The translations under genes and the position numbers were made by a program. 64,000 nucleotides of DNA from Nostocaceae cyanobacterium (lineage in GTDB: Bacteria > Cyanobacteriota > Cyanobacteriia > Cyanobacteriales > Nostocaceae). The stretch spans positions 4,840 through 68,839 of the forward strand of contig JAYKJH010000239.1 in assembly GCA_035285345.1 (NCBI GenBank), written 5' to 3'. The notes beneath the pieces are model-generated. The model saw only the letters and a program-made list of their open reading frames with translations, made no database searches and was not told the DNA's origin. Of this stretch, positions 8,970-18,045 are shown piece by piece (positions within the stretch are counted from its first letter, which is position 1; each line of letters begins with the position of its first letter).

Positions 8970-9115
8970 ATGTTTTGCGATTCTTGTGAAGAATGGGAGC
9001 AAAAAATAGACGATCGCGTCACCGCTCTGTATCGACTGTAGGAGAATAGAGAAAAGAATAACCTCACCTAAAGAATCAACATTTCGCTCTTTTTTTGCGT
9101 AAGTCCTAATTCTAT

Positions 9116-9370
9116 TATCCTGACCTTTTAGTCACTTGCGAGCCAAATGATAAAGAAAGGTACTTTAAAATCTATCCCACTTTAATTGTGGAGGTGTTAT
9201 CAAATTCAACTAAAACTACAGACAAGCGAGAAAAACGTATTAATTGCATATTTTTTACATGGTCTACTTTGGTTAAGCCATCGGTTTTCGGATTAAATAT
9301 CCGATAATCTCCGACCCAAAAATTCTGAGTTTTAGGATTTACACTGGTATCAAAATTATCTAATCTTTAT
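9116..9370 (+). pseudogene. Uma2 (DUF820) family endonuclease remnant, truncated and frameshifted
   Basis: One frame reads YPDLLVTCEPNDKERYFKIYPTLIVEVLSNSTKTTDKREKR (the PD...(D/E)xK core). A second frame further on reads IKYPIISDPKILSFRIYT (like EYWIIDP...V.VY). There is no start codon or N-terminal part. Confidence 0.5.
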
Positions 9371-9553
9371 GTGTGAAGCATCACCTACCCTCCAAGGAAC
9401 TGGTATTATGAAGTACTCGATTACTGCCTGGGGATAAATCTGAAGCAGCTAGCTACTGGCAACAGATAAACGGTGAAAATCAAAGCTAAGGGGGTTAATA
9501 TTTATTTCATATTTTTTTGTAAATAACACAAATACGGCTGTTTTGAAGTTAGT

Positions 9554-9569
9554 TGTGATTTGAATCACA
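9554..9569. promoter_or_regulatory. CRP-family binding site candidate, TGTGA-N6-TCACA
   Basis: TGTGATTTGAATCACA is a perfect match to the CRP/SYCRP1-type palindrome. Extra TCACA half-sites occur at about 9586, 9593 and 9611. It lies about 80-100 nt upstream of the ORF at 9648. Confidence 0.5.
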
Positions 9570-9647
9570 AAGTTTTGATGAAGAGATCACAATTCACAAT
9601 AAGTAATTATCACAGCCGACTGTTGTTGACAATCACTACATATAAAA

Positions 9648-9911
9648 GTGAAATCACTGAAGATATATGATATGGAGTTAACAACAGAGCCAATGTCAAG
9701 CAAGTACAACTTTTCTTACATCCCCAAAGTCAAAGTCTCGGTTCACAAACTTGCAGAGAGAATGTTTGCTTTTCGCCAAATCAGCAGACTGGATCAACAA
9801 CTCTTCATGTCGGCACTGCTGTCCAAAGATACTCTTGAACCCTCCGAGCAAAAGTTGGTTGATCAAGTGTTCGAGGGTTTAAAAAATGGCTGGCTGCGAG
9901 TTGTGGATTAA
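9648..9911 (+). CDS. Small hypothetical protein (conserved cyanobacterial type)
   Basis: 87-aa ORF with a GTG start (in-frame ATG at 9672). The C-terminus ...LVDQVFEGLKNGWLRVVD looks like a family seen in Nostocales. Function is unknown. Confidence 0.5.
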   Translation: MKSLKIYDMELTTEPMSSKYNFSYIPKVKVSVHKLAERMFAFRQISRLDQQLFMSALLSKDTLEPSEQKLVDQVFEGLKNGWLRVVD

Positions 9912-9996
9912 GACCAATACCAATATAGTTCTGGGTGCAGATATTTTTGATAAAGCTATCTTGAAGTTTGAGCTTTTTATTTTGAATTTTCATTCA

Positions 9997-10962
9997 CTAA
10001 GTCCAAGCGCGGTAGAAACTACTTTCCTCCCAAATAGCAGCAGTGCGTTCTTCCACTGCTGCTATTTGCTGATCACAGAGGGGTTGGAAATTCCGCGCTA
10101 CGTTGACGTTAGATTCTAATTGTGTCGCTGTCTCTGCTGCAATCACACAAGTGTGAACTCCTGACTGCGATAGGGTGTATCCCAAGGCTTGTTCCATACC
10201 TTCCAGACCACCTGGTCGAAACAACTTTCCGTAAGCAGGTACTTTCATAGCTATCACACCGACATTTTTTTGTACAGCCACGGGTAAGACTGAGGGGATG
10301 AAAGGACGGGGGTGGTGTTTGTCAACAGCGTTGACTGGTATCAAGGTTGTGTGGAAAGGATAGCGCCGCAACCCTTCAGCAATTACCGCTGGTTCATGGT
10401 GTCCGGTAATGCCAGCAAAGCGCACGATTTTTTGCTCTATCGCTTCCTGGAAAGCTTTAATTGCTCCGGATGAACTAAATATAGTGTCTAGTTCCTCTGG
10501 GAAGGAAACGTGGTGTAATTGCCATAAATCTAGATAATTGGTTTTGAGGCGTTTTAAAGAACGTTCTAACTCAAACCAAGCACCATCCCTATCTCTCGCG
10601 GCTGTTTTACTTGCGAGGAAAAGCTTAGACCGATGGGGTGGGAGAACTTTACCTAAATATTCTTCACTCGGACCATAGCTAGCTGCAGTGTCAAAATAGC
10701 GGATACCAAGTTGCAATGCTCGTTCGATAATTGCCACAGCATCCCTTTGTTTACCTTCCCAAGATAGGGGAGTTTGTCCCGCACCTCCTAACCCAAAAAT
10801 GGGGACTTTGACTCCGGTGCGTCCCAGTACTCGTTCTGGGATGGTAGAGGGGGGTGTAGCGGTGTTGCTAGTATGTTGTTGCAAAGTTGTTCCTCCGATG
10901 ATACCACCAGCGACAGCAGCGCTAGTAATCAGGAAATTGCGCCGCGTTGTTTTGTCTGTCAT
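9997..10962 (-). CDS. Aldo/keto reductase with a twin-arginine signal peptide
   Basis: MTDKTTRRNFLITSAAVAGG is a Tat motif, and the AKR fold segment is GIRYFDTAASYG...LDLWQLHHV. The ATG at 10962 is preferred over 10980. Confidence 0.85.
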   Translation of the reverse strand: MTDKTTRRNFLITSAAVAGGIIGGTTLQQHTSNTATPPSTIPERVLGRTGVKVPIFGLGGAGQTPLSWEGKQRDAVAIIERALQLGIRYFDTAASYGPSEEYLGKVLPPHRSKLFLASKTAARDRDGAWFELERSLKRLKTNYLDLWQLHHVSFPEELDTIFSSSGAIKAFQEAIEQKIVRFAGITGHHEPAVIAEGLRRYPFHTTLIPVNAVDKHHPRPFIPSVLPVAVQKNVGVIAMKVPAYGKLFRPGGLEGMEQALGYTLSQSGVHTCVIAAETATQLESNVNVARNFQPLCDQQIAAVEERTAAIWEESSFYRAWT

Positions 10963-10976
10963 GATTTGCAGTATCC

Positions 10977-12047
10977 TCATTCCTTACTCAACAATTCTGG
11001 CAGTTCTTCCCCGGTGATAGCATTTTGGGAATATCCATCAGCTACATCTTTAATCACACCAGCCACAGGGACAGCAATCACTAGTCCCAATAAACCCCCG
11101 ACATAAGTTCCGAGTAACAAAGAAATTAACACCCAAATAGGTCGCAAGCCAGTAAATTTACCTAACAAACGCGGTGCGATCGCTTGGTCGATTAACTGGT
11201 CAATGACTACAGATGTAGCTAAAACTTTTGTTGCTAACCAAAAGTCATGGGTAGCAATTATTAAGGTAATTAATACCAGACTAACGACATCACCAAAGGG
11301 AATCAAACTCAACAGTCCCGCACTCAAACCAAACAGTAAACCAAACGGGACTTGGAAAAATAAAAATACTACAGTCAGCGATAGTCCCATCAATAAAGCC
11401 AGAGCTACCTGACCGATTAAGTAGTTTTGGAAGTTTTGTTGAATATCAGTTTCTAACTTACCAAAACTGGAGGGTAATTTCTTGAATAATCCCTGCCAAA
11501 TCCTTTTCCCATCTACCAATAGATAAAAAGTCAGTACTATTGTAATTAACGCTTCGGAAATGCTATCTAGAGTATCTATTATAAGTTGAAAAAATTTGTC
11601 GCCAAAATACTTTACTTCATCTGGTAATTTATCTGTCAATTGATTAGTTACATGGCTCAAATCAATTGGTATCCTTTGGTTGTCAAGCCAGATATTCAAA
11701 TTTTGGAGTTTTTGTTCACTAGATTCAATCCATTGAGGTAGTTGATGAATCATTTGATTAAACTGTTCTAGGACAATCGGAATTACAGTGATACCGAACC
11801 CTAGGACAATTATCAAAGTTGAAACAAAAACTATTCCGACAGCGTAACCGCGTTGAATTCCCCGCTTTGACAACACTGTTACTGGGTAGTTCAAAATAAA
11901 TGCTAGTAAACTTGACAAAACAAAAGTTGTAATCAGTGGCTGAAAATATTGGAAAACCTTAAATCCTAACCAAGCATTGAGAAATAGTAGGGGAAACAAC
12001 AAGGTTGTAATTAATAATTGCAGGAGTTTTGTCAGGGATATATTCAT
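10977..12047 (-). CDS. AI-2E family transporter (PerM-like permease)
   Basis: Multi-TM protein with a C-terminal LLGTYVGGLLGLVIAVPVAGVIKD typical of AI-2E/UPF0118. The start at MNISLTK is preferred. Confidence 0.8.
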   Translation of the reverse strand: MNISLTKLLQLLITTLLFPLLFLNAWLGFKVFQYFQPLITTFVLSSLLAFILNYPVTVLSKRGIQRGYAVGIVFVSTLIIVLGFGITVIPIVLEQFNQMIHQLPQWIESSEQKLQNLNIWLDNQRIPIDLSHVTNQLTDKLPDEVKYFGDKFFQLIIDTLDSISEALITIVLTFYLLVDGKRIWQGLFKKLPSSFGKLETDIQQNFQNYLIGQVALALLMGLSLTVVFLFFQVPFGLLFGLSAGLLSLIPFGDVVSLVLITLIIATHDFWLATKVLATSVVIDQLIDQAIAPRLLGKFTGLRPIWVLISLLLGTYVGGLLGLVIAVPVAGVIKDVADGYSQNAITGEELPELLSKE

Positions 12048-12343
12048 TGGAAAGTAATGACAATATTTATTGGGTTTTCCACTAAAAATTTTCTCATACT
12101 GAGTAACATTCACAGCTAAATCTTGCGATAATTACCTGTTCATAGCCCAGACATCTCCCGCAAGATAGACAATGCCAAGATAAAACTCTAGATAGGGAAA
12201 ATAAGAGTTTTATTATGTAAAGTTAAATTTAACGTATATAACATAACAGTTTGTCTATCTTTTGCCAGAGTATAGTAAGATTTAAAATGAAAATATTTGA
12301 TTTTAAGATTACCAGTAAAAATCAATCTTGCCAGGGAACAGCC

Positions 12344-12730
12344 ATGAGAAAGCAATTTTTGAGTATCCTGGGACTTTTAGCATCTATCATCAGCTTAGGT
12401 AGCCCAGTCTATGCCCAGACACCAGCAACTACCGCTTCAGAAACCGAGAACGTGACATTATCTGGTAACTCTTTAGTGGGAATTGAACAAAGAAGTATTA
12501 AACAAGACTACAGAGTAGTATTTCCGGAAGGCACAACTGAAAATCATTCCCGTCAGGAATTGACACAAGAGAATCAAACAAATCGCCCGAATGTGTTGCC
12601 ATTGTCTCCGGAAGCCGAATTAATTGTCAACGAACCCTTAGTACTGCCTAATACTCCTATACCAATGGAAAATACTGATTATTTTCACGGTAAGGATAAA
12701 GTGCAATTGCAGCTTAATTTGGGAGAATAA
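12344..12730 (+). CDS. Secreted hypothetical protein
   Basis: The signal peptide MRKQFLSILGLLASIISLGSPVYA is followed by low-complexity sequence. I recognise no family. Confidence 0.5.
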   Translation: MRKQFLSILGLLASIISLGSPVYAQTPATTASETENVTLSGNSLVGIEQRSIKQDYRVVFPEGTTENHSRQELTQENQTNRPNVLPLSPEAELIVNEPLVLPNTPIPMENTDYFHGKDKVQLQLNLGE

Positions 12731-12814
12731 ATTAAGGACGAGGCATGTGTAGAGAAAAGTTACAAATTTTGCCACTATCTCGACACAATTACTTCGACCT
12801 TATTAAATATTTGC

Positions 12815-12850
12815 AACAAAAATAAGGATTCTCAGGGAAGCACCTGAGAA
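12815..12850 (-). terminator. Rho-independent terminator of rplI
   Basis: On the minus strand: TTCTCAGG-TGCTTC-CCTGAGAA followed by TCCTTATTTTTG. Confidence 0.7.
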
Positions 12851-12873
12851 TAACACCCAAACCTGCAAGACCC

Positions 12874-13332
12874 CTAGCTAGGTACGACTTTAATTTCGAC
12901 TTGCGCTGTAACTTCAGAATGAAGCTTAATTTCAGCTGTGTAGCTACCAAGCTTGCTGATATCAGGAATGGTAATACCGCGACGATCCACTTCTTGATTA
13001 GTGGCTGCTTGAATAGCATCTGCGACATCTTGGGTAGTAACAGTACCGAAAATAGCTTCGCCTTCACCAACTTGCTTAGCTATGCTAAAGCTAGCAGCTT
13101 TTTCGAGTATGGCTTTTTGTCCAATAGCCTGTTGCTTGAGTTCTTCTTGACGCTGACGCTCTAGTTCCCGACGACGTTCTACTTGCTTGAGAATACCAGC
13201 AGTAGCATGAACTGCTATATTTTTGGGAAGTAGATAGTTGCGAGCATAACCAGGAGCGACTTCCACCAAGTCTCCAGATTTACCCAACTTCATGACATCT
13301 TGGTTTAAGACTAACTGCACACGTTTCGCCAT
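12874..13332 (-). CDS. rplI: 50S ribosomal protein L9
   Basis: [37 protein letters not shown]..., 152 aa. Confidence 0.95.
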   Translation of the reverse strand: MAKRVQLVLNQDVMKLGKSGDLVEVAPGYARNYLLPKNIAVHATAGILKQVERRRELERQRQEELKQQAIGQKAILEKAASFSIAKQVGEGEAIFGTVTTQDVADAIQAATNQEVDRRGITIPDISKLGSYTAEIKLHSEVTAQVEIKVVPS

Positions 13333-13463
13333 TGTTGTTGACCTTATATCTCAATCGTGTTGATTTTAGGAGGATAGTTCAGCCCTTATAGCTGTATCCG
13401 CAAAACTTTAGATTATAGCTTAGAACTTACAGATATTAACGTTCCAGAGCGTGCGATCGCAAC

Positions 13464-13488
13464 TGATTAGTGATTAGTGATTAGTCAT
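13464..13488. repeat. Heptamer tandem repeat (TGATTAG x3, STRR-like)
   Basis: TGATTAGTGATTAGTGATTAGTCATT read directly from the sequence. Confidence 0.8.
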
Positions 13489-13507
13489 TCCCCAGTCTCA
13501 GCGTCCC

Positions 13508-14281
13508 CTAAAACCTATCCTTCATCCCTCGTAACCTTGCAAAGGTTTGCACTGGGTCGCGACTTTTGACAGCTAATTGTAATGTTGGCTCTGAGTAGCG
13601 CAAAAAGGGATTGGTTTGCTTTTCCACCCCTAATATGGAGGGTACGGTAGCTACAGCGCGACTACGAGCAGCCTTGACCTCCTCAAACCGGCTTTGTAAG
13701 TCCGGGTTATTAGCATCGACGGTGAGAGCAAATTGGAGATTTTTCAAAGTATATTCGTGGGCGCACCAGACATGGGTATTATCAGGGAGGGCGCGTAACT
13801 TATTCAGCGAATCTACCATTTGGGTTGGTGTTCCTTCAAATAATCTGCCACAACCACCAGCAAATAGGGTATCCCCACAGAATAAATCTCCCGTTTCTCC
13901 TGGTTCGGGGGGATGAAAATAATAGGCTATGTGAGCGCGAGTGTGTCCGGGAACGAAGAAAACTTCGGCGGTTCTATCACCAAACTGGACGCGATCGCCT
14001 TCTTTTAAATACACCTGCTGTCCGGGAATTCTCCCCTTATCTTCTGCACCACCATAGACTTTTAGTTGGGGAAATTCTTGAATTAGCTGCTTATTACCAC
14101 CCACATGGTCGGAATGATGGTGAGTGTTAAAAATTGCCACCAAATCTGCACCTAGTTCTTTCAGACACCGCAGCACTGGTTCTGCTACTGCTGGATCGAC
14201 GACAGCGGCAATGTTTTGCTGTGGCTCACATAACACAAAGATGTAATTATCCGATAGAGCCGCTAGACGGATTACTTGCAT
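13508..14281 (-). CDS. gloB: Hydroxyacylglutathione hydrolase (glyoxalase II)
   Basis: Metallo-beta-lactamase motif [11 protein letters not shown], a C-terminal NPFLR, 257 aa. Confidence 0.9.
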   Translation of the reverse strand: MQVIRLAALSDNYIFVLCEPQQNIAAVVDPAVAEPVLRCLKELGADLVAIFNTHHHSDHVGGNKQLIQEFPQLKVYGGAEDKGRIPGQQVYLKEGDRVQFGDRTAEVFFVPGHTRAHIAYYFHPPEPGETGDLFCGDTLFAGGCGRLFEGTPTQMVDSLNKLRALPDNTHVWCAHEYTLKNLQFALTVDANNPDLQSRFEEVKAARSRAVATVPSILGVEKQTNPFLRYSEPTLQLAVKSRDPVQTFARLRGMKDRF

Positions 14282-14786
14282 TTGCTGTCTTATCCTGATA
14301 GGAGACTTGAGGATTTTTTACAATCTCTAATTATAACTTTATTTTTAACCATCTTCAGACAGATGTAATTCTAGTTATACACATGCTATATAGGTTTAAA
14401 AAACTATTACTTTATAAAATAAGTAGTTTTTCTGAAAATTTTACTAATAATTTGTCTAAAATTTAACTGAATTTCACAAATCAATAATTTTGCTTTCAAG
14501 ATTTTAAGTAAAATTTCTCTACTACAAACTTGTATTTTTATTAATGAAATATACCATAAAATTGCTGATTCGTATTAATTTGATTTTCGTTATAATAGAA
14601 ACAAATAATTCATTATTAAATTATTTTATTTGCCTTATTAAGTGGATGGCGATTATAGATCATAGGCTCAAGGAAATCGTGATGTTTCTTAACTAACATT
14701 TATTGAATAGGGTAAATCTGAGATTATTATGCTAGTAACACAAGAAAAACCTGTTTAAATTTTATCTAGTAAGGAAGAATTAAAAG

Positions 14787-15806
14787 ATGGCTCCACTTGT
14801 ATCATTGATTATAAATTGTTTTAATCAAGGACGTTATCTTGAGCGGTCAGTGAAAAGTGTATTATCGCAGAAATTTACTGATATTGAATGTTTAATTGTA
14901 GATGATGGCTCTACTGATAATACTCGTGAGGTAGCAGAAAAATTGATGAGTCTTGATCCACGAGTTAAATATTACTTAAAAGAAAATGGGGGACTCCCGG
15001 CTGCCAGGAATTTTGGGATTAAACAGGCTCAAGGTGAATGGATTCAATGTCTAGATGCGGATGATTGGATTCATGAAGATAAAATTCAATTTCAGTTAAA
15101 TCATATTCCGGAATTTGGCAAGGAAAATATTGTTTTTTATTGCGACTACGAACGAGTAATTATCGATAAATCAGAAAAGATTGTTGATAGACAAGAGAAT
15201 ATTATTGGTTCTTTAACCAGCGACCAATTTATTCAACGGTTACTAATCCCTGATTTTCTGGCTGGTACACCCCATCCTGCATTACAGCAATGTATGTTGA
15301 TGCACAGAAGTATTTTTAGTACACATTGCTGGGATGAAAGATTGAAAGCCTTGGGTGATAGGTACTTTGCAGTCGATATTTTAAGGAATGGTGTAAAGTT
15401 TATTTATACCCCTATGGTAGGGGCTTTTTATACAAAACATCAGTCTAATAGAACGAATAATTGGTCTTACATGAAGAACTATTATCTGTTATTCTACGAG
15501 ACTGTTTACCAGCATCATCAAGAATTAGCTAAATTATGTCCTCCGGGGACAAATTATTTGTTGGAAGAAAGTATCCGCGAAAAAGAGGAAGATAATTTTA
15601 ATCGCTTAGTAAAAATCGCCCAACCTCCTTTTGAGATTTGCGACAAAAAAATCCATTTACATCAAGTATTTCTAGTGAAGTTATTTTACGTAATCAGGCT
15701 AATGCTACCGAATTTTATTCTTTATGAGAAGTACCGAGGTCCCCGCTCGAAAAAACTCATATCTCTGTTCTCCCAACTGCTGCACTTGAAAGCTAGTCAC
15801 TCATAG
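14787..15806 (+). CDS. Glycosyltransferase family 2
   Basis: VSLIINCFNQGRYLERSVKSVLSQ...IVDDGSTDNT...LDADDW (GT-A fold with DxD). Confidence 0.85.
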   Translation: MAPLVSLIINCFNQGRYLERSVKSVLSQKFTDIECLIVDDGSTDNTREVAEKLMSLDPRVKYYLKENGGLPAARNFGIKQAQGEWIQCLDADDWIHEDKIQFQLNHIPEFGKENIVFYCDYERVIIDKSEKIVDRQENIIGSLTSDQFIQRLLIPDFLAGTPHPALQQCMLMHRSIFSTHCWDERLKALGDRYFAVDILRNGVKFIYTPMVGAFYTKHQSNRTNNWSYMKNYYLLFYETVYQHHQELAKLCPPGTNYLLEESIREKEEDNFNRLVKIAQPPFEICDKKIHLHQVFLVKLFYVIRLMLPNFILYEKYRGPRSKKLISLFSQLLHLKASHS

Positions 15807-15898
15807 GGTGTTGTATATTTCCTGGGTAGCAAATACAATATAAAGGGATGTTGTATCATTCTGCCATCTATTTGCAATCATTACCCATTACCCTATAG

Positions 15899-16666
15899 AT
15901 GAATAACTACTTATTTATTGACAGAAAATATTTACTACCCAGGATTTGGTCAAATAGGGAATTAGAGAAAATATCTCACCTATTTTCTGGCGATATTGTG
16001 AATGTGAGTGGATGGCAAGATTTGGATAAGGAAGGGAAACATTACAAGGATTATTTTGTCAATGCCAACAGCTACACAATTACCAATTATAAATCAGAAG
16101 CCAGAGGTATTCAAGGGTACGAAAATGAAATTTTTATTGATTTAGAAAAAGAATTGCCATCAGAATTAGTGAATCGTTTTGATGTCGCCTTTAATCATAC
16201 AGTTTTGGAACATATTTATGATATTAATACAGCTTTCAAAAATTTATGCTTAATCAGTAAAGATATTGTCGTAATAGTTGTACCTTTTTTACAGCAAATG
16301 CATTCTCATTATGGCGATTATTGGAGATTTACACCATTAACAATCAAGAGAATGTTCGAGGATAATGGTATGTCGCTTTTGTATTTATCTTTCAATGGTC
16401 ACAAAAATGCATCGGTATATATATTTGCTGTTGCAAGCAAGAATCCTTCTCAATGGCAAGATAAACTTTCTCAAGAATTTTCCTATGTAGAACCTGAGCC
16501 ACCGGGAGATGGGTTTGAATCTTATATAGGTTGTCATGCTATTCAAAATCATTTTTATGCAATAGCTAAGCATTATAATAAAATAACGAGTAGTATTTCC
16601 CAAGCAGCAAGACACTATTATGGCAGAATGAAAGTAAGACTAAAAAGCTTAGTGATTAAAGAATAA
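15899..16666 (+). CDS. Class I SAM-dependent methyltransferase-like protein
   Basis: FDVAFNHTVLEHIYDINTAFKNLCLISKDIVVIVVPF resembles the Methyltransf_11 post-I/II region. The N-terminal glycine motif is not obvious. Confidence 0.55.
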   Translation: MNNYLFIDRKYLLPRIWSNRELEKISHLFSGDIVNVSGWQDLDKEGKHYKDYFVNANSYTITNYKSEARGIQGYENEIFIDLEKELPSELVNRFDVAFNHTVLEHIYDINTAFKNLCLISKDIVVIVVPFLQQMHSHYGDYWRFTPLTIKRMFEDNGMSLLYLSFNGHKNASVYIFAVASKNPSQWQDKLSQEFSYVEPEPPGDGFESYIGCHAIQNHFYAIAKHYNKITSSISQAARHYYGRMKVRLKSLVIKE

Positions 16667-16729
16667 ATATTGGATTATTTTTGGATAAAAATTGATTAAT
16701 TTGGAAAATAAGTAATAATAAAATTAATT

Positions 16730-17908
16730 GTGAATTTAATGACAAATCTCACAAATTTGAAAGTTTCCTTAGTTGTTAGTGACCTGTCTGGCGGTGGTAG
16801 TGTCAGAGCTTTTTTATTAGCACAAGTTCTCAAAAAGCTTAATTATAAAGTAGAAATTGTCGGCTTTTTGTTCGGGAAAGAATTGTATGCTATTCCTCCT
16901 GATGGTATTGAGGTAATTGCTGTTAATGGTAAGATTTATCCAGAATTTTTCAGTAATGCTCAAGAACTTTTAAAAAAAATAAATGGAGACATTATTTACG
17001 CGGTTAAACCTAAGCCTAGTAGTTTTGGACTGTCTCTTTTAAAGAAATTCAGCAGTAGGCGTCCTTTATTATTAGATATGGATGACTGGGAATTGAGTTG
17101 GTATGGTGGATTTGAATGGAAATATCATCCTAGTCCTAAGCAATTTTATCGTGATATTTTCAAGCCTAATGGTGCGTTAAGAAATCCTGACAATCCGCTT
17201 TATATTAAGTGGATGGAAAGCTTTGTAGGGTTAGCGAATGCAATCACGATAGATACTCAATTTCTGCAAGACCGTTTTGGTGGTGTTTATTTACCTAATG
17301 GTAAGGATACTACCATGTTTGACCCCACTAAGTACGATTCCCAAACCAGCAGAAGGCGTTATGGCTTGGCTGACTATCGTATTTTAATGTTTCCGGGAGC
17401 GCCACGACCGCATAAGGGGGTAGAAGATGTTTTGATGGCGTTAGATATTTTAAATCAGCCAGATTTGAGACTGGTAATTGTCGGTGGAAGTCCTTATGAT
17501 GACTATGACGATCAACTAATAGCAAAATGGGGACGTTGGATTATTAAGTTACCTAAATGTCCAGTGGAACTAATGCCTGAAGTTGTTAGCGCTGCTCACG
17601 TTGTGGTAGTTCCCCAAAGAGATAATATAATAGCTCGTGCCCAATTTCCGCTCAAGTTAACCGATGGGATGGCGATGGCTAAGCCTGTATTGTCAACTAA
17701 AGTAGGAGATATTACGGAAATTTTAGGTGAAACGGGTTATTTAGTTGACCCAGGATGTCCGCAGCAAATAGCCGAGGAAATTCAGGGTATATTTGATGAT
17801 TTAGATGCAGCAAATGAGCGGGGGAGTAAAGCAAGAGAAAAATGTGTAGAAAAATATAGTTTAGAGGCGATGGCGTCTATTTTAGAGCAGGTAATTGAGG
17901 GGTTATAA
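16730..17908 (+). CDS. Glycosyltransferase family 4 (GT-B fold)
   Basis: 392 aa. The C-terminal half has the PHKGVEDVL...VIVGG...VVPQ...FPLKLTDGMAMAKPVLST pattern of GT4/GT1 enzymes. Confidence 0.8.
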   Translation: MNLMTNLTNLKVSLVVSDLSGGGSVRAFLLAQVLKKLNYKVEIVGFLFGKELYAIPPDGIEVIAVNGKIYPEFFSNAQELLKKINGDIIYAVKPKPSSFGLSLLKKFSSRRPLLLDMDDWELSWYGGFEWKYHPSPKQFYRDIFKPNGALRNPDNPLYIKWMESFVGLANAITIDTQFLQDRFGGVYLPNGKDTTMFDPTKYDSQTSRRRYGLADYRILMFPGAPRPHKGVEDVLMALDILNQPDLRLVIVGGSPYDDYDDQLIAKWGRWIIKLPKCPVELMPEVVSAAHVVVVPQRDNIIARAQFPLKLTDGMAMAKPVLSTKVGDITEILGETGYLVDPGCPQQIAEEIQGIFDDLDAANERGSKAREKCVEKYSLEAMASILEQVIEGL

Positions 17909-18045
17909 TTACAATATTTTGGCTTTTAGCTTTTTTTAATAACCACAGAAACAATGAAAATTTAGAGGTAATAAGTTTGCCAATATTTCGGAATTACTTA
18001 TGATAGATATAGTTATTTTTTGGGGTTTCTTTATTTTACCACGGT

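Noticed and set aside
9805-10119. Short ORFs (62 and 77 aa) around the end of the 9648 gene and the AKR gene.
   Set aside because: They overlap better-supported genes on the opposite strand or extend through AT-rich spacer. I recognise no motifs.
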